A program made the translations under genes and the position numbers. From NCBI GenBank assembly GCA_964016885.1, contig OZ024750.1, forward strand, positions 30,752,001 through 30,816,000: 64,000 nucleotides of DNA. The letters run 5' to 3'. Shown here one piece after another: positions 57,801-64,000 of the stretch. The notes below the pieces were generated by a model, which worked only from the letters and a program-made list of their open reading frames with translations, was not told the origin of the DNA and did no database searches. Source of the stretch: Eledone cirrhosa. Lineage: Eukaryota. Within the stretch, counting starts at the first letter, position 1; every line of letters starts with the position of its first letter.

Positions 57801-60800
57801 ATTTCACATTTTCATGGTCAACAAGGCTTATTGTTCCACCGGCATTAAGCGTGGGACCAATTTGTAATGTGACAGTTCTTTTAGATTTAGCATTAGTTTT
57901 CCAGCCAACATTTGGTCTCACATCACTAGGTGATCCGACATTAGGACTTAAGGTGATTGCTGTATCAGGGATGAAAGTTTCATCATCCATTGCTTCTGTT
58001 ATCTCACAGAACACTGTTAAATAAAACAATTACATATTATAAAGTGTCAAAATAAAATGATAATAGTACAAATGTTCTATATATGAAGGATAACATATGT
58101 AATAATTATTGCATTAATACTCACACTCAGTAGTTCTTTGGACAGTTGGAACAGCTGTCGAAGTTACAGGTGCTATTGTTGATGACACAGGTGCTATTGT
58201 TGATGACACAGGTTCTAGAATTTAGAAAGAATATCTACTTAGTGAATTGTTTTAGACAATTAAAGCAGATCTTTGCACCAGAATAATTGTAAAGAAAATA
58301 AAATGAAATATCCTAGATTTCATAGTGAATCTAATCTTTTAAATATTTGAAAATTAGAGCGTTCCACATATCCATAAGTATGTATTTGTAAATTAGAGCG
58401 TTCCACATATCCATGAATAAATCTATGTATTTATATGTTGATTTGTCTAGATGTATAAAAGGTACACAGCTCAATGTCAGTATTATGTTTTTCTTTACAT
58501 AAACATTATTGCTACTAAGAAATGTTTTAAGGGAGATAAGAATAAATGAAGTAAACTAATTGTTTGATTCAATGTGATATTTATTTTGACTGAAGGCTGA
58601 TAAAAGTTCCAGAAAATTTGGAAGGAAATGTAATAAAGTAAAATGAAATCAATATGAATTAGATTTTTTACGAAGAATAAACTGCTGGTAGAAAGCGATA
58701 TCATGTAGAAACCACAGAAAATAGTGGAGATTCAAATATTTGTATTAATAGTTGAACATGACATTAAGTTTGAAGAATTATTATTGATACAATATTTATA
58801 AACCACATTAATATAATGCCAGTAATAAACGAATGAATTACAATAGGAAAATTATATATGAATGAGACAAATTTACAAATTTTTAAAGAACTCCCTTCAG
58901 ATAGATATGTCTTTCAATTAAATATATAGTTTCCATTTATGTGTGATGTAGGAATGAAGCACTTGCCTGATTAATTATACATATGAAATATACCAGCTTT
59001 TATGTAATTGTTAGATGTTAACTGGGATTGTTTCAAAATGAGTCCTTATAAAAGAAGTGTAAATTTTAAAAACAAAACTAGAGATCCAAGTTGCAAATTA
59101 ATGAAGGCTTATTTGAATTACCAAATATACAGCCATACATATATATTGAAAGATTTATCTACATTGATTCATGAGGAAAGTCATTTAACATAAAACTCAC
59201 GTTGACTAGTTGTTGGTACACTTGATACAACTGCTGAAGTGGCTGGTGCCAGTGTTGTTGTAAGAGGATCTGAAGTTTAGGAAAGAAATCACAATAATCA
59301 AAATCTATGTGACTTTACAAATCAGTTGTAAATAAAGATGAGTTGCATCAGGATTAATAGAAATAAATAAATAGATTGGAATTATCACTTACGTTTACAG
59401 ATTTTGGCAGACACAGATACGACCATATCTTCTGTGATATCATCAGCTTCAATTACAATCGTCACAGTTTCTTGACCATTACCACTTGGAATACCAACTG
59501 GTCTATCTGGGGTTGATGTCTGTAGAATGGATTTACATTTTTTATTAATGATAAGATTAAAATAAACAGTGATCGTCAAAAAATATAGACAATGTCGAAA
59601 TTCCATTAATGAATGAAATAGAACACTGTCTGAATTATATGTCCTTATATTCTGTAAATTCTAGAATATCATTATATGAATTGAAATATTAATATAAAGG
59701 AAGATACATATGAAATAAGTAGAAAGAAATATGAAACTTGAATGAAAAAATCACCATCAGATTACCTTGATTGTGTATTCTGTTGAAGGATTTGATAACA
59801 AAACAGTATATGATTTCACATTTTCATGGTCAACAAGGCTTATTGTTCCACCGGCATTAAGCGTGGCACCAATTTGTAAAGTGACAGTTCTTTTAGATTT
59901 AGCATTAGTTTTCCAGCCAACATTTGGTCTCACATCACTAGGTGATCCGACATTAGGACTTAAGGTGATTGCTGTATCAGGGATGAAAGTTTCATCATCC
60001 ATTGCTTCTGTTATCTCACAGAACACTGTTAATTAAAACAATTACATATTATAAAGTGTCAAAATAAAATGATAATAGTACAAATGTTCTATATATGAAG
60101 GATAACATATGTAATAATTATTGCATTAATACTCACACTCAGTAGTTCTTTGGACAGTTGGAACAGCTGTCGAAGTTACAGGTGCTATTGTTGATGACAC
60201 AGGTGCTATTGTTGATGACACAGGTTCTAGAATTTAGAAAGAATATCTACTTAGTGAATTGTTTTAGACAATTAAAGCAGATCTTTGCACCAGAATAATT
60301 GTAAAGAAAATAAAATGAAATATCCTAGATTTCATAGTGAATCTAATCTTTTAAATATTTGAAAATTAGAGCGTTCCACATATCCATAAGTATGTATTTG
60401 TAAATTAGAGCGTTCCACATATCCATGAATAAATCTATGTATTTATATGTTGATTTGTCTAGATGTATAAAAGGTACACAGCTCAATGTCAGTATTATGT
60501 TTTTCTTTACATAAACATTATTGCTACTAAGAAATGTTTTAAGGGAGATAAGAATAAATGAAGTAAACTAATTGTTTGATTCAATGTGATATTTATTTTG
60601 ACTGATGGCTGATAAAAGTTCCAGAAAATTTGGAAGGAAATGTAATAAAGTAAAATAAAATCAATATGAATTAGATTTTTTACGAAGAATAAGCTGCTGG
60701 TAGAAAGCGATATCATGTAGAAACCACAGAAAATAGTGGAGATTCAAATATTTGTATTAATAGTTGAACATGACATTAAGTTTGAAGAATTATTATTGAT

Positions 60801-63800
60801 ACAATATTTATAAACCACATTAATATAATGCCAGTAATAAACGAATGAATTACAATAGGAAAATTATATATGAATGAGACAAATTTACAAATTTTTAAAG
60901 AACTCCCTTCAGATAGATATGTCTTTCAATTAAATATATAGTTTCCATTTATGTGTGATGTAGGAATGAAGCACTTGCCTGATTCATTATACATATGAAA
61001 TATACCAGCTTTTATGTAATTGTTAGATGTTAACTGGGATTGTTTCAAAATGAGTCCTTATAAAAGAAGTGTAAATTTTAAAAACAAAACTAGAGATCCA
61101 AGTTGCAAATTAATGAAGGTTTATTGGAATTACCAAATATACAGCCATACATATATATTGAAAGATTTATCTACATTGATTCATGAGGAAAGTCATTTAA
61201 CATAAAACTCACGTTGACTAGTTGTTGGTACACTTGATACAACTGCTGAAGTGGCTGGTGCCAGTGTTGTTGTAAGAGGATCTGAAGTTTAGGAAAGGAA
61301 TCACAATAATCAAAATCTATGTGACTTTACAAATCAGTTGTAAATAAAGATGAGTTGCATCAGGATTAATAGAAATAAATAAATAGATTGGAATTATCAC
61401 TTACGTTTACAGATTTTGGCAGACACAGATACGACCATATCTTCTGTGATATCATCAGCTTCAATTACAATCGTCACAGTTTCTTGACCATTACCACTTG
61501 GAATACCAACTGGTCTATCTGGGGTTGATGTCTGTAGAATGGATTTACATTTTTTATTAATGATAAGATTAAAATAAACAGTGATCGTCAAAAAATATAG
61601 ACAATGTCGAAATTCCATTAATGAATGAAATAGAACACTGTCTGAATTATATGTCCTTATATTCTGTAAATTCTAGAATATCATTATATGAATTGAAATA
61701 TTAATATAAAGGAAGATACATATGAAATAAGTAGAAAGAAATATGAAACTTGAATGAAAAAATCACCATCAGATTACCTTGATTGTGTATTCTGTTGAAG
61801 GATTTGATAACAAAACAGTATATGATTTCACATTTTCATGGTCAACAAGGCTTATTGTTCCACCGGCATTAAGCGTGGGACCAATTTGTAATGTGACAGT
61901 TCTTTTAGATTTAGCATTAGTTTTCCAGCCAACATTTGGTCTCACATCACTAGGTGATCCGACATTAGGACTTAAGGTGATTGCTGTATTAGGGATGAAA
62001 GTTTCATCATCCATTGCTTCTGTTATCTCACAGAACACTGTTAAATAAAACAATTACATATTATAAAGTGTCAAAATAAAATGATAATAGTACAAATGTT
62101 CTATATATGAAGGATAACATATGTAATAATTATTGCATTAATACTCACACTCAGTAGTTCTTTGGACAGTTGGAACAGCTGTCGAAGTTACAGGTGCTAT
62201 TGTTGATGACACTGGTGCTATTGTTGATGACACAGGTTCTAGAATTTAGAAAGAATATCTACTTAGTGAATTGTTTTAGACAATTAAAGCAGATCTTTGC
62301 ACCAGAATAATTGTAAAGAAAATAAAATGAAATATCCTAGATTTCATAGTGAATCTAATCTTTTAAATATTTGAAAATTAGAGCGTTCCACATATCCATA
62401 AGTATGTATTTGTAAATTAGAGCGTTCCACATATCCATGAATAAATCTATGTATTTATATGTTGATTTGTCTAGATGTATAAAAGGTACACAGCTCAATG
62501 TCAGTATTATGTTTTTCTTTCCATAAACATTATTGCTACTAAGAAATGTTTTAAGGGAGATAAGAATAAATGAAGTAAACTAATTGTTTGATTCAATGTG
62601 ATATTTATTTTGACTGATGGCTGATAAAAGTTCCAGAAAATTTGGAAGGAAATGTAATAAAGTAAAATAAAATCAATATGAATTAGATTTTTTACGAAGA
62701 ATAAGCTGCTGGTAGAAAGCGATATTATGTAGAAACCACAGAAAATAGTGGAGATTCAAATATTTGTATTAATAGTTGAACATGACATTAAGTTTGAAGA
62801 ATTATTATTGATACAATATTTATAAACCACATTAATATAATGCCAGTAATAAACGAATGATTTACAATAGGAAAATTATATATGAATGAGACAAATTTAC
62901 AAATTTTTAAAGAACTCCCTTCAGATAGATATGTCTTTCAATTAAATATATAGTTTCCATTTATGTGTGATGTAGGAATGAAGCACTTGCCTGATTAATT
63001 ATACATATGAAATATACCAGCTTTTATGTAATTGTTAGATGTTAACTGGGATTGTTTCAAAATGAGTCCTTATAAAAGAACTGTAAATTTTAAAAACAAA
63101 ACTAGAGATCCAAGTTGCAAATTAATGAAGGTTTATTGGAATTACCAAATATACAGCCATACATATATATTGAAAGATTTATCTACATTGATTCATGTGG
63201 AAAGTCATTTAACATAAAACTCACGTTGACTAGTTGTTGGTACACTTGATACAACTGCTGAAGTGGCTGGTGCCAGTGTTGTTGTAAGAGGATCTGAAGT
63301 TTAGGAAAGAAATCACAATAATCAAAATCTATGTGACTTTACAAATCAGTTGTAAATAAAGATGAGTTGCATCAGGATTAATAGAAATAAATAAATAGAT
63401 TGGAATTATCACTTACGTTTACAGATTTTGGCAGACACAGATACGACCATATCTTCTGTGATATCATCAGCTTCAATTACAATCGTCACAGTTTCTTGAC
63501 CATTACCACTTGGAATACCAACTGGTCTATCTGGGGTTGATGTCTGTAGAATGGATTTACATTTTTTATTAATGATAAGATTAAAATAAACAGTGATCGT
63601 CAAAAAATATAGACAATGTCGAAATTCCATTAATGAATGAAATAGAACACTGTCTGAATTATATGTCCTTATATTCTGTAAATTCTAGAATATCATTATA
63701 TGAATTGAAATATTAATATAAAGGAAGATACATATGAAATAAGTAGAAAGAAATATGAAACTTGAATGAAAAAATCACCATCAGATTACCTTGATTGTGT

Positions 63801-64000
63801 ATTCTGTTGAAGGATTTGATAACAAAACAGTATATGATTTCACATTTTCATGGTCAACAAGGCTTATTGTTCCACCGGCATTAAGCGTGGGACCAATTTG
63901 TAATGTGACAGTTCTTTTAGATTTAGCATTAGTTTTCCAGCCAACATTTGGTCTCACATCACTAGGTGATCCGACATTAGGACTTAAGGTGATTGCTGTA
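4513..64000 (-). CDS. Giant secreted mucin / SCO-spondin-hemolectin-like gene, 5'-incomplete (discoidin-like array + PTS region + TSP1/TIL/VWC + C-terminal cystine knot)
   Basis: About 60 exons with AG acceptors and GT donors (one GC) and consistent phases, joining into one stop-free frame that ends at TAA 4513-4515. Domain calls come from Cys/Trp motifs. Confidence 0.88.
4890..5110. mobile_element. piggyBac-like MITE
   Basis: Ends ..TAAATACTAAAGGG-TTAA; same family as 14053-14272 and 29334-29553. Confidence 0.7.
5713..5773 (-). CDS. Exon: VWC C-terminal half ([20 protein letters not shown])
   Basis: 61 nt, phase 0 to 1, AG/GT; CCPxC motif. Confidence 0.9.
6360..6860 (-). mobile_element. 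Degenerate LINE RT fragment (RTE-like)
   Basis: VHQGSVFSP motif on the minus strand near 6700-6730. Confidence 0.6.
6966..7150 (+). mobile_element. tRNA-derived SINE family A, full length, with 19-bp TSD
   Basis: A box TGGCAGTATCGG, B box GAGTTCAAATCC; TSD attattctatgtactatat at 6946-6964 and 7151-7169. Confidence 0.92.
7314..7418 (-). CDS. Exon: VWC N-terminal half ([35 protein letters not shown])
   Basis: 105 nt, phase 0-0, AG/GTAAGT; W..CxxCxC..C motif. Confidence 0.9.
7518..7845 (-). mobile_element. 5'-truncated RTE LINE 3' end with (GAT)n tail
   Basis: [30 protein letters not shown], followed by gatgatgat. Confidence 0.88.
8016..8221 (-). CDS. Exon: TIL domain ([40 protein letters not shown]), GC donor
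   Basis: 206 nt, phase 1 to 0; TIL Cys spacing; donor AAG|GCAAGT. Confidence 0.88.
8480..8735. repeat. Degenerate ~40-bp tandem repeat
   Basis: Recurring gtgaacactgatcatcatcaaatgttaactttcc. Confidence 0.7.
9358..9510 (-). CDS. Exon: TSP1 repeat, strongly basic
   Basis: 153 nt, phase 1-1; [50 protein letters not shown]. Confidence 0.88.
9571..9881. mobile_element. Tc1/pogo (Tigger-like) MITE
   Basis: TIRs agtggaacctcagtccatgaac / gttcatggaccgaggttcta, with TA at the flanks. Confidence 0.65.
10250..10510 (+). mobile_element. Degenerate RTE RT fragment
   Basis: [23 protein letters not shown] (cf. FVDLEKAFD). Confidence 0.65.
11000..11149 (-). CDS. Exon: TSP1 repeat
   Basis: 150 nt, phase 1-1; [34 protein letters not shown]. 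Confidence 0.9.
11435..11940 (-). mobile_element. Two SINE family A copies (about 11435-11622 and 11752-11940)
   Basis: aggatgaaaggcaaagttaacct..gatttgaa core in both. Confidence 0.85.
12760..13096. mobile_element. piggyBac-like MITE with a nested ~120-bp LINE 3' end (12792-12910)
   Basis: MITE is split; insert encodes [15 protein letters not shown], has a (TAGA)n tail and a duplicated atatttacta flank. Confidence 0.75.
13193..13363 (-). CDS. Exon: TSP1 repeat
   Basis: 171 nt, phase 1-1; [43 protein letters not shown]. Confidence 0.92.
13419..13604 (-). mobile_element. SINE family A with 18-bp TSD
   Basis: TSD tttaattgaaatattaat at 13401-13418 and 13605-13622. Confidence 0.92.
14053..14272. 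mobile_element. piggyBac-like MITE
   Basis: TTAA-CCCTTTA..TAAACGG-TTAA. Confidence 0.78.
14659..15073. mobile_element. hAT (Charlie-like) MITE with 8-bp TSD
   Basis: TIRs CAGGGGTCTCAAAC / GTTTGAGACCCTTG; TSD ATTTAGAT on both sides. Confidence 0.9.
15430..15479 (-). CDS. Small exon: end of VWC-like module ([16 protein letters not shown])
   Basis: 50 nt, phase 2 to 1; exactly bridges the phases of both neighbouring exons. Confidence 0.82.
15900..16720 (-). mobile_element. RTE LINE 3' fragment containing a ~97-bp tandem amplification (about 16080-16500)
   Basis: [32 protein letters not shown]; the segment repeats about 4 times. Confidence 0.78.
17542..17958. repeat. Foldback element, ~115-bp inverted arms
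   Basis: aaattggtcgttttggaagcctcaacaatgcagatg.. versus ..catctgcattgttgaggcttccaaaacaaccaattt. Confidence 0.85.
17970..18232 (+). mobile_element. SINE family B (5'-truncated), (GAT)n tail
   Basis: tccttgagcaagacactttatttcac..ggaagggcatccagctgtagaaa..gatgatgat. Confidence 0.85.
18447..18593 (-). CDS. Exon: end of TSP1 and start of VWC-like module
   Basis: 147 nt, phase 2-2; [49 protein letters not shown]. Confidence 0.87.
18741..18956. mobile_element. Tc1/mariner-like MITE, almost fully palindromic
   Basis: agggtggccacaaaa / ttttgtggtcaccctg-TA, with long internal complementarity. Confidence 0.75.
20487..20562 (-). CDS. Exon: TSP1 N-terminal half ([25 protein letters not shown])
   Basis: 76 nt, phase 1 to 2; WxxWxxCSxTCG motif. 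Confidence 0.9.
21248..21294 (-). CDS. Small exon ([15 protein letters not shown]), VWC-like
   Basis: 47 nt, phase 2 to 1, cAG/GTAAGT. Confidence 0.85.
22358..22604 (-). CDS. Exon: TIL domain plus start of VWC-like module
   Basis: 247 nt, phase 1 to 2; [44 protein letters not shown]. Confidence 0.93.
23000..23520 (-). mobile_element. Old RTE-like LINE 3' fragment
   Basis: [23 protein letters not shown] on the minus strand. Confidence 0.55.
23987..24160 (-). CDS. Exon: TSP1 repeat
   Basis: 174 nt, phase 1-1; [32 protein letters not shown]. Confidence 0.92.
24568..24726 (-). CDS. Exon: TSP1 repeat
   Basis: 159 nt, phase 1-1; [32 protein letters not shown]. Confidence 0.92.
25155..25201 (-). 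CDS. Small exon ([15 protein letters not shown]), VWC-like
   Basis: 47 nt, phase 2 to 1; completes CNNCTC..C..C. Confidence 0.87.
25315..25486 (-). CDS. Exon: atypical VWC-like N-half ([26 protein letters not shown])
   Basis: 172 nt, phase 1 to 2, stop-free, tAG/GTAAGG. Confidence 0.83.
25656..26044. repeat. Long hairpin, ~175-bp arms, ~21-nt loop
   Basis: ..ttgatatgcccagctcct / aggagctgggcatatcaa..; flanked by (TA)n. Confidence 0.9.
26328..26591. repeat. Two adjacent hairpins (about 26328-26448 and 26456-26591)
   Basis: acggcagagctcaagccgttt / aaacggcttgagctctgccgt; aatacttataaaaagag / ctctttttataagtatt. Confidence 0.8.
26632..26977 (-). mobile_element. SINE family B, full length
   Basis: tRNA-like head ggaggcacatgggttagtggttagagc..gagttcaattctc; near-identical to 17970-18232. 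Confidence 0.88.
27138..27185 (-). CDS. 48-nt Thr/Pro linker exon, copy 2 ([15 protein letters not shown])
   Basis: Phase 1-1, cAG acceptor, CAG|GTTGGT donor. Confidence 0.65.
27420..27597 (-). mobile_element. SINE family A
   Basis: Family core sequence. Confidence 0.85.
28638..28685 (-). CDS. 48-nt Thr/Pro linker exon, copy 1 ([15 protein letters not shown])
   Basis: Duplicate of 27138-27185, 1500 bp away, one substitution (I/V). Confidence 0.65.
29334..29553. mobile_element. piggyBac-like MITE
   Basis: TTAA-CCCTTTAGTATTTA..TAAATGCTAAAGGG-TTAA. Confidence 0.85.
30208..30608 (-). mobile_element. Two tandem SINE family A copies
   Basis: Family core occurs twice. Confidence 0.85.
31503..31629 (-). 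CDS. Exon: C-half of diverged discoidin-like domain ([42 protein letters not shown])
   Basis: 127 nt, phase 0 to 1; same length and same [11 protein letters not shown] end as array exon C. Not in the ORF track. Confidence 0.9.
31660..34460. repeat. 39-bp intronic minisatellite (catacatatattatattaccatacatatatgatataaca)n, degenerate after 34020
   Basis: About 60 copies; source of the spurious [13 protein letters not shown] ORFs. Confidence 0.95.
34066..34252 (-). mobile_element. SINE family A inside the minisatellite
   Basis: Family core; flanked by repeated atatattataat. Confidence 0.88.
34470..36004 (+). mobile_element. Probable non-autonomous Helitron with a tandem partial copy
   Basis: Starts A|TC; ends with hairpin cgtgacc-ctaca-ggtcacg then CTAG|T; a similar end at 35626-35654; 34492-34770 is repeated at 35659-35900. 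Confidence 0.68.
35015..35370. repeat. Large near-palindrome with spacerless centre
   Basis: Centre gagtttagtccctcat|atgagggactaaactc; outer arms about 135 bp. Confidence 0.9.
36250..36445 (-). mobile_element. SINE family A, older copy
   Basis: Family core sequence. Confidence 0.75.
36497..36756 (-). CDS. Exon: N-half of diverged discoidin-like domain ([25 protein letters not shown])
   Basis: 260 nt, phase 1 to 0; paralogous to array exon B. Confidence 0.9.
38281..39385 (-). mobile_element. Cluster of SINE family A copies with a 76-bp tandem repeat of the SINE 3' end (about 38710-39150)
   Basis: Copies at about 38281-38470, 38480-38690 and 39085-39278; 76-bp unit about 6 times. Confidence 0.88.
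39487..39874 (+). mobile_element. SINE family B with expanded (GAT)n tail
   Basis: ggaggcacatggcttagtggtgagagc head; (gat)~20 at 39815-39875. Confidence 0.85.
39918..44120 (-). CDS. Giant mucin-like PTS exon, about 1400 aa, ([18 protein letters not shown])n
   Basis: 4203 nt, phase 1-1, tttctgcAG acceptor, G|GTAAGT donor; lies inside ORF 39772..44169. Confidence 0.92.
40150..43820. repeat. Coding 27-bp VNTR with 36-bp variant units ([12 protein letters not shown])
   Basis: + strand unit acaggggtggatggtattttagtaata, well over 100 copies. Confidence 0.95.
45152..45220 (-). CDS. Array unit 1 exon D: linker [22 protein letters not shown]
   Basis: 69 nt, phase 1-1, cAG/GTGAGT. Confidence 0.85.
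45344..45470 (-). CDS. Array unit 1 exon C: domain C-half [42 protein letters not shown]
   Basis: 127 nt, phase 0 to 1, cAG/GTAAGT. Confidence 0.9.
45717..45976 (-). CDS. Array unit 1 exon B: domain N-half [30 protein letters not shown]
   Basis: 260 nt, phase 1 to 0, cAG/GTAATC. Confidence 0.9.
46088..46177 (-). CDS. Array unit 1 exon A: linker [29 protein letters not shown]
   Basis: 90 nt, phase 1-1, tAG/GTGAGT; internal 21-bp duplication. Confidence 0.85.
47147..48172 (-). CDS. Array unit 2, exons A 48083-48172, B 47712-47971, C 47339-47465, D 47147-47215
   Basis: Near-identical to unit 1; coordinates by offset from the ORF track. Confidence 0.87.
49159..50184 (-). CDS. Array unit 3, exons A 50095-50184, B 49724-49983, C 49351-49477, D 49159-49227
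   Basis: Near-identical copy of unit 1. Confidence 0.87.
51154..52179 (-). CDS. Array unit 4, exons A 52090-52179, B 51719-51978, C 51346-51472, D 51154-51222
   Basis: Near-identical copy of unit 1. Confidence 0.87.
53166..54191 (-). CDS. Array unit 5, exons A 54102-54191, B 53731-53990, C 53358-53484, D 53166-53234
   Basis: Near-identical copy; I>K in exon A. Confidence 0.87.
55178..56202 (-). CDS. Array unit 6, exons A 56113-56202, B 55742-56001, C 55370-55496, D 55178-55246
   Basis: Near-identical copy; M>L in exon C and a 1-bp intronic deletion. Confidence 0.87.
57189..58214 (-). CDS. Array unit 7, exons A 58125-58214, B 57754-58013, C 57381-57507, D 57189-57257
   Basis: Near-identical copy; R>S in exon C. 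Confidence 0.87.
59201..60226 (-). CDS. Array unit 8, exons A 60137-60226, B 59766-60025, C 59393-59519, D 59201-59269
   Basis: Near-identical copy; P>A in exon B. Confidence 0.87.
61213..62238 (-). CDS. Array unit 9, exons A 62149-62238, B 61778-62037, C 61405-61531, D 61213-61281
   Basis: Near-identical copy; D>N in exon B. Confidence 0.87.
63225..64000 (-). CDS. Array unit 10 (partial), exon B from 63790 to beyond 64000, C 63417-63543, D 63225-63293
   Basis: Truncated by the window end. Confidence 0.85.

Larger units (their letters stand above)
45090..64000. repeat. Tandem array of ~2.0-kb exon-bearing units (1995, 2011 or 2012 bp), at least 9.5 copies, running off the window
   Basis: The same ORF recurs at 45336, 47331, 49343, 51338, 53350, 55362, 57373, 59385, 61397 and 63409. 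Confidence 0.97.

Noticed and set aside
46446-63217. Recurring ORFs MISLSTSS.., MLDVNWDC.. and MIVYSVEG..
   Set aside because: Intronic or antisense; they recur only because the 2-kb unit repeats, and the MISL ORF varies in stop position and loses its ATG in one unit.

Overview
AT-rich, repeat-dense animal genomic DNA. The tRNA-type SINEs, RTE-LINE debris and (TA)n tracts look like an octopod cephalopod genome (pattern recognition, not verified). Almost the whole window (4513 to beyond 64000) is the 3' part of one very large minus-strand gene. I traced its exons by splice sites and matching intron phases, giving about 12.3 kb of coding sequence (about 4,100 aa) in the window; the start lies beyond 64000. 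From N- to C-terminus: (1) at least 9.5 near-identical ~2.0-kb genomic units, each with 4 exons encoding a 182-aa module (Thr/Ser/Pro linker + Cys-bracketed discoidin/FA58C-like domain + linker), with introns homogenised as strongly as exons; (2) one 4203-nt exon encoding a ~1400-aa Lys-containing mucin-type PTS region (KIPSTPVIT)n; (3) one diverged copy of the same domain; (4) an SCO-spondin/VWF-like tail with 6 TSP1, 2 TIL and VWC-like domains ending in a cystine knot. Introns outside the array hold SINEs, RTE fragments, hAT/piggyBac/Tc1 MITEs, a probable Helitron, long hairpins and minisatellites. Most short ORFs in the track are spurious.
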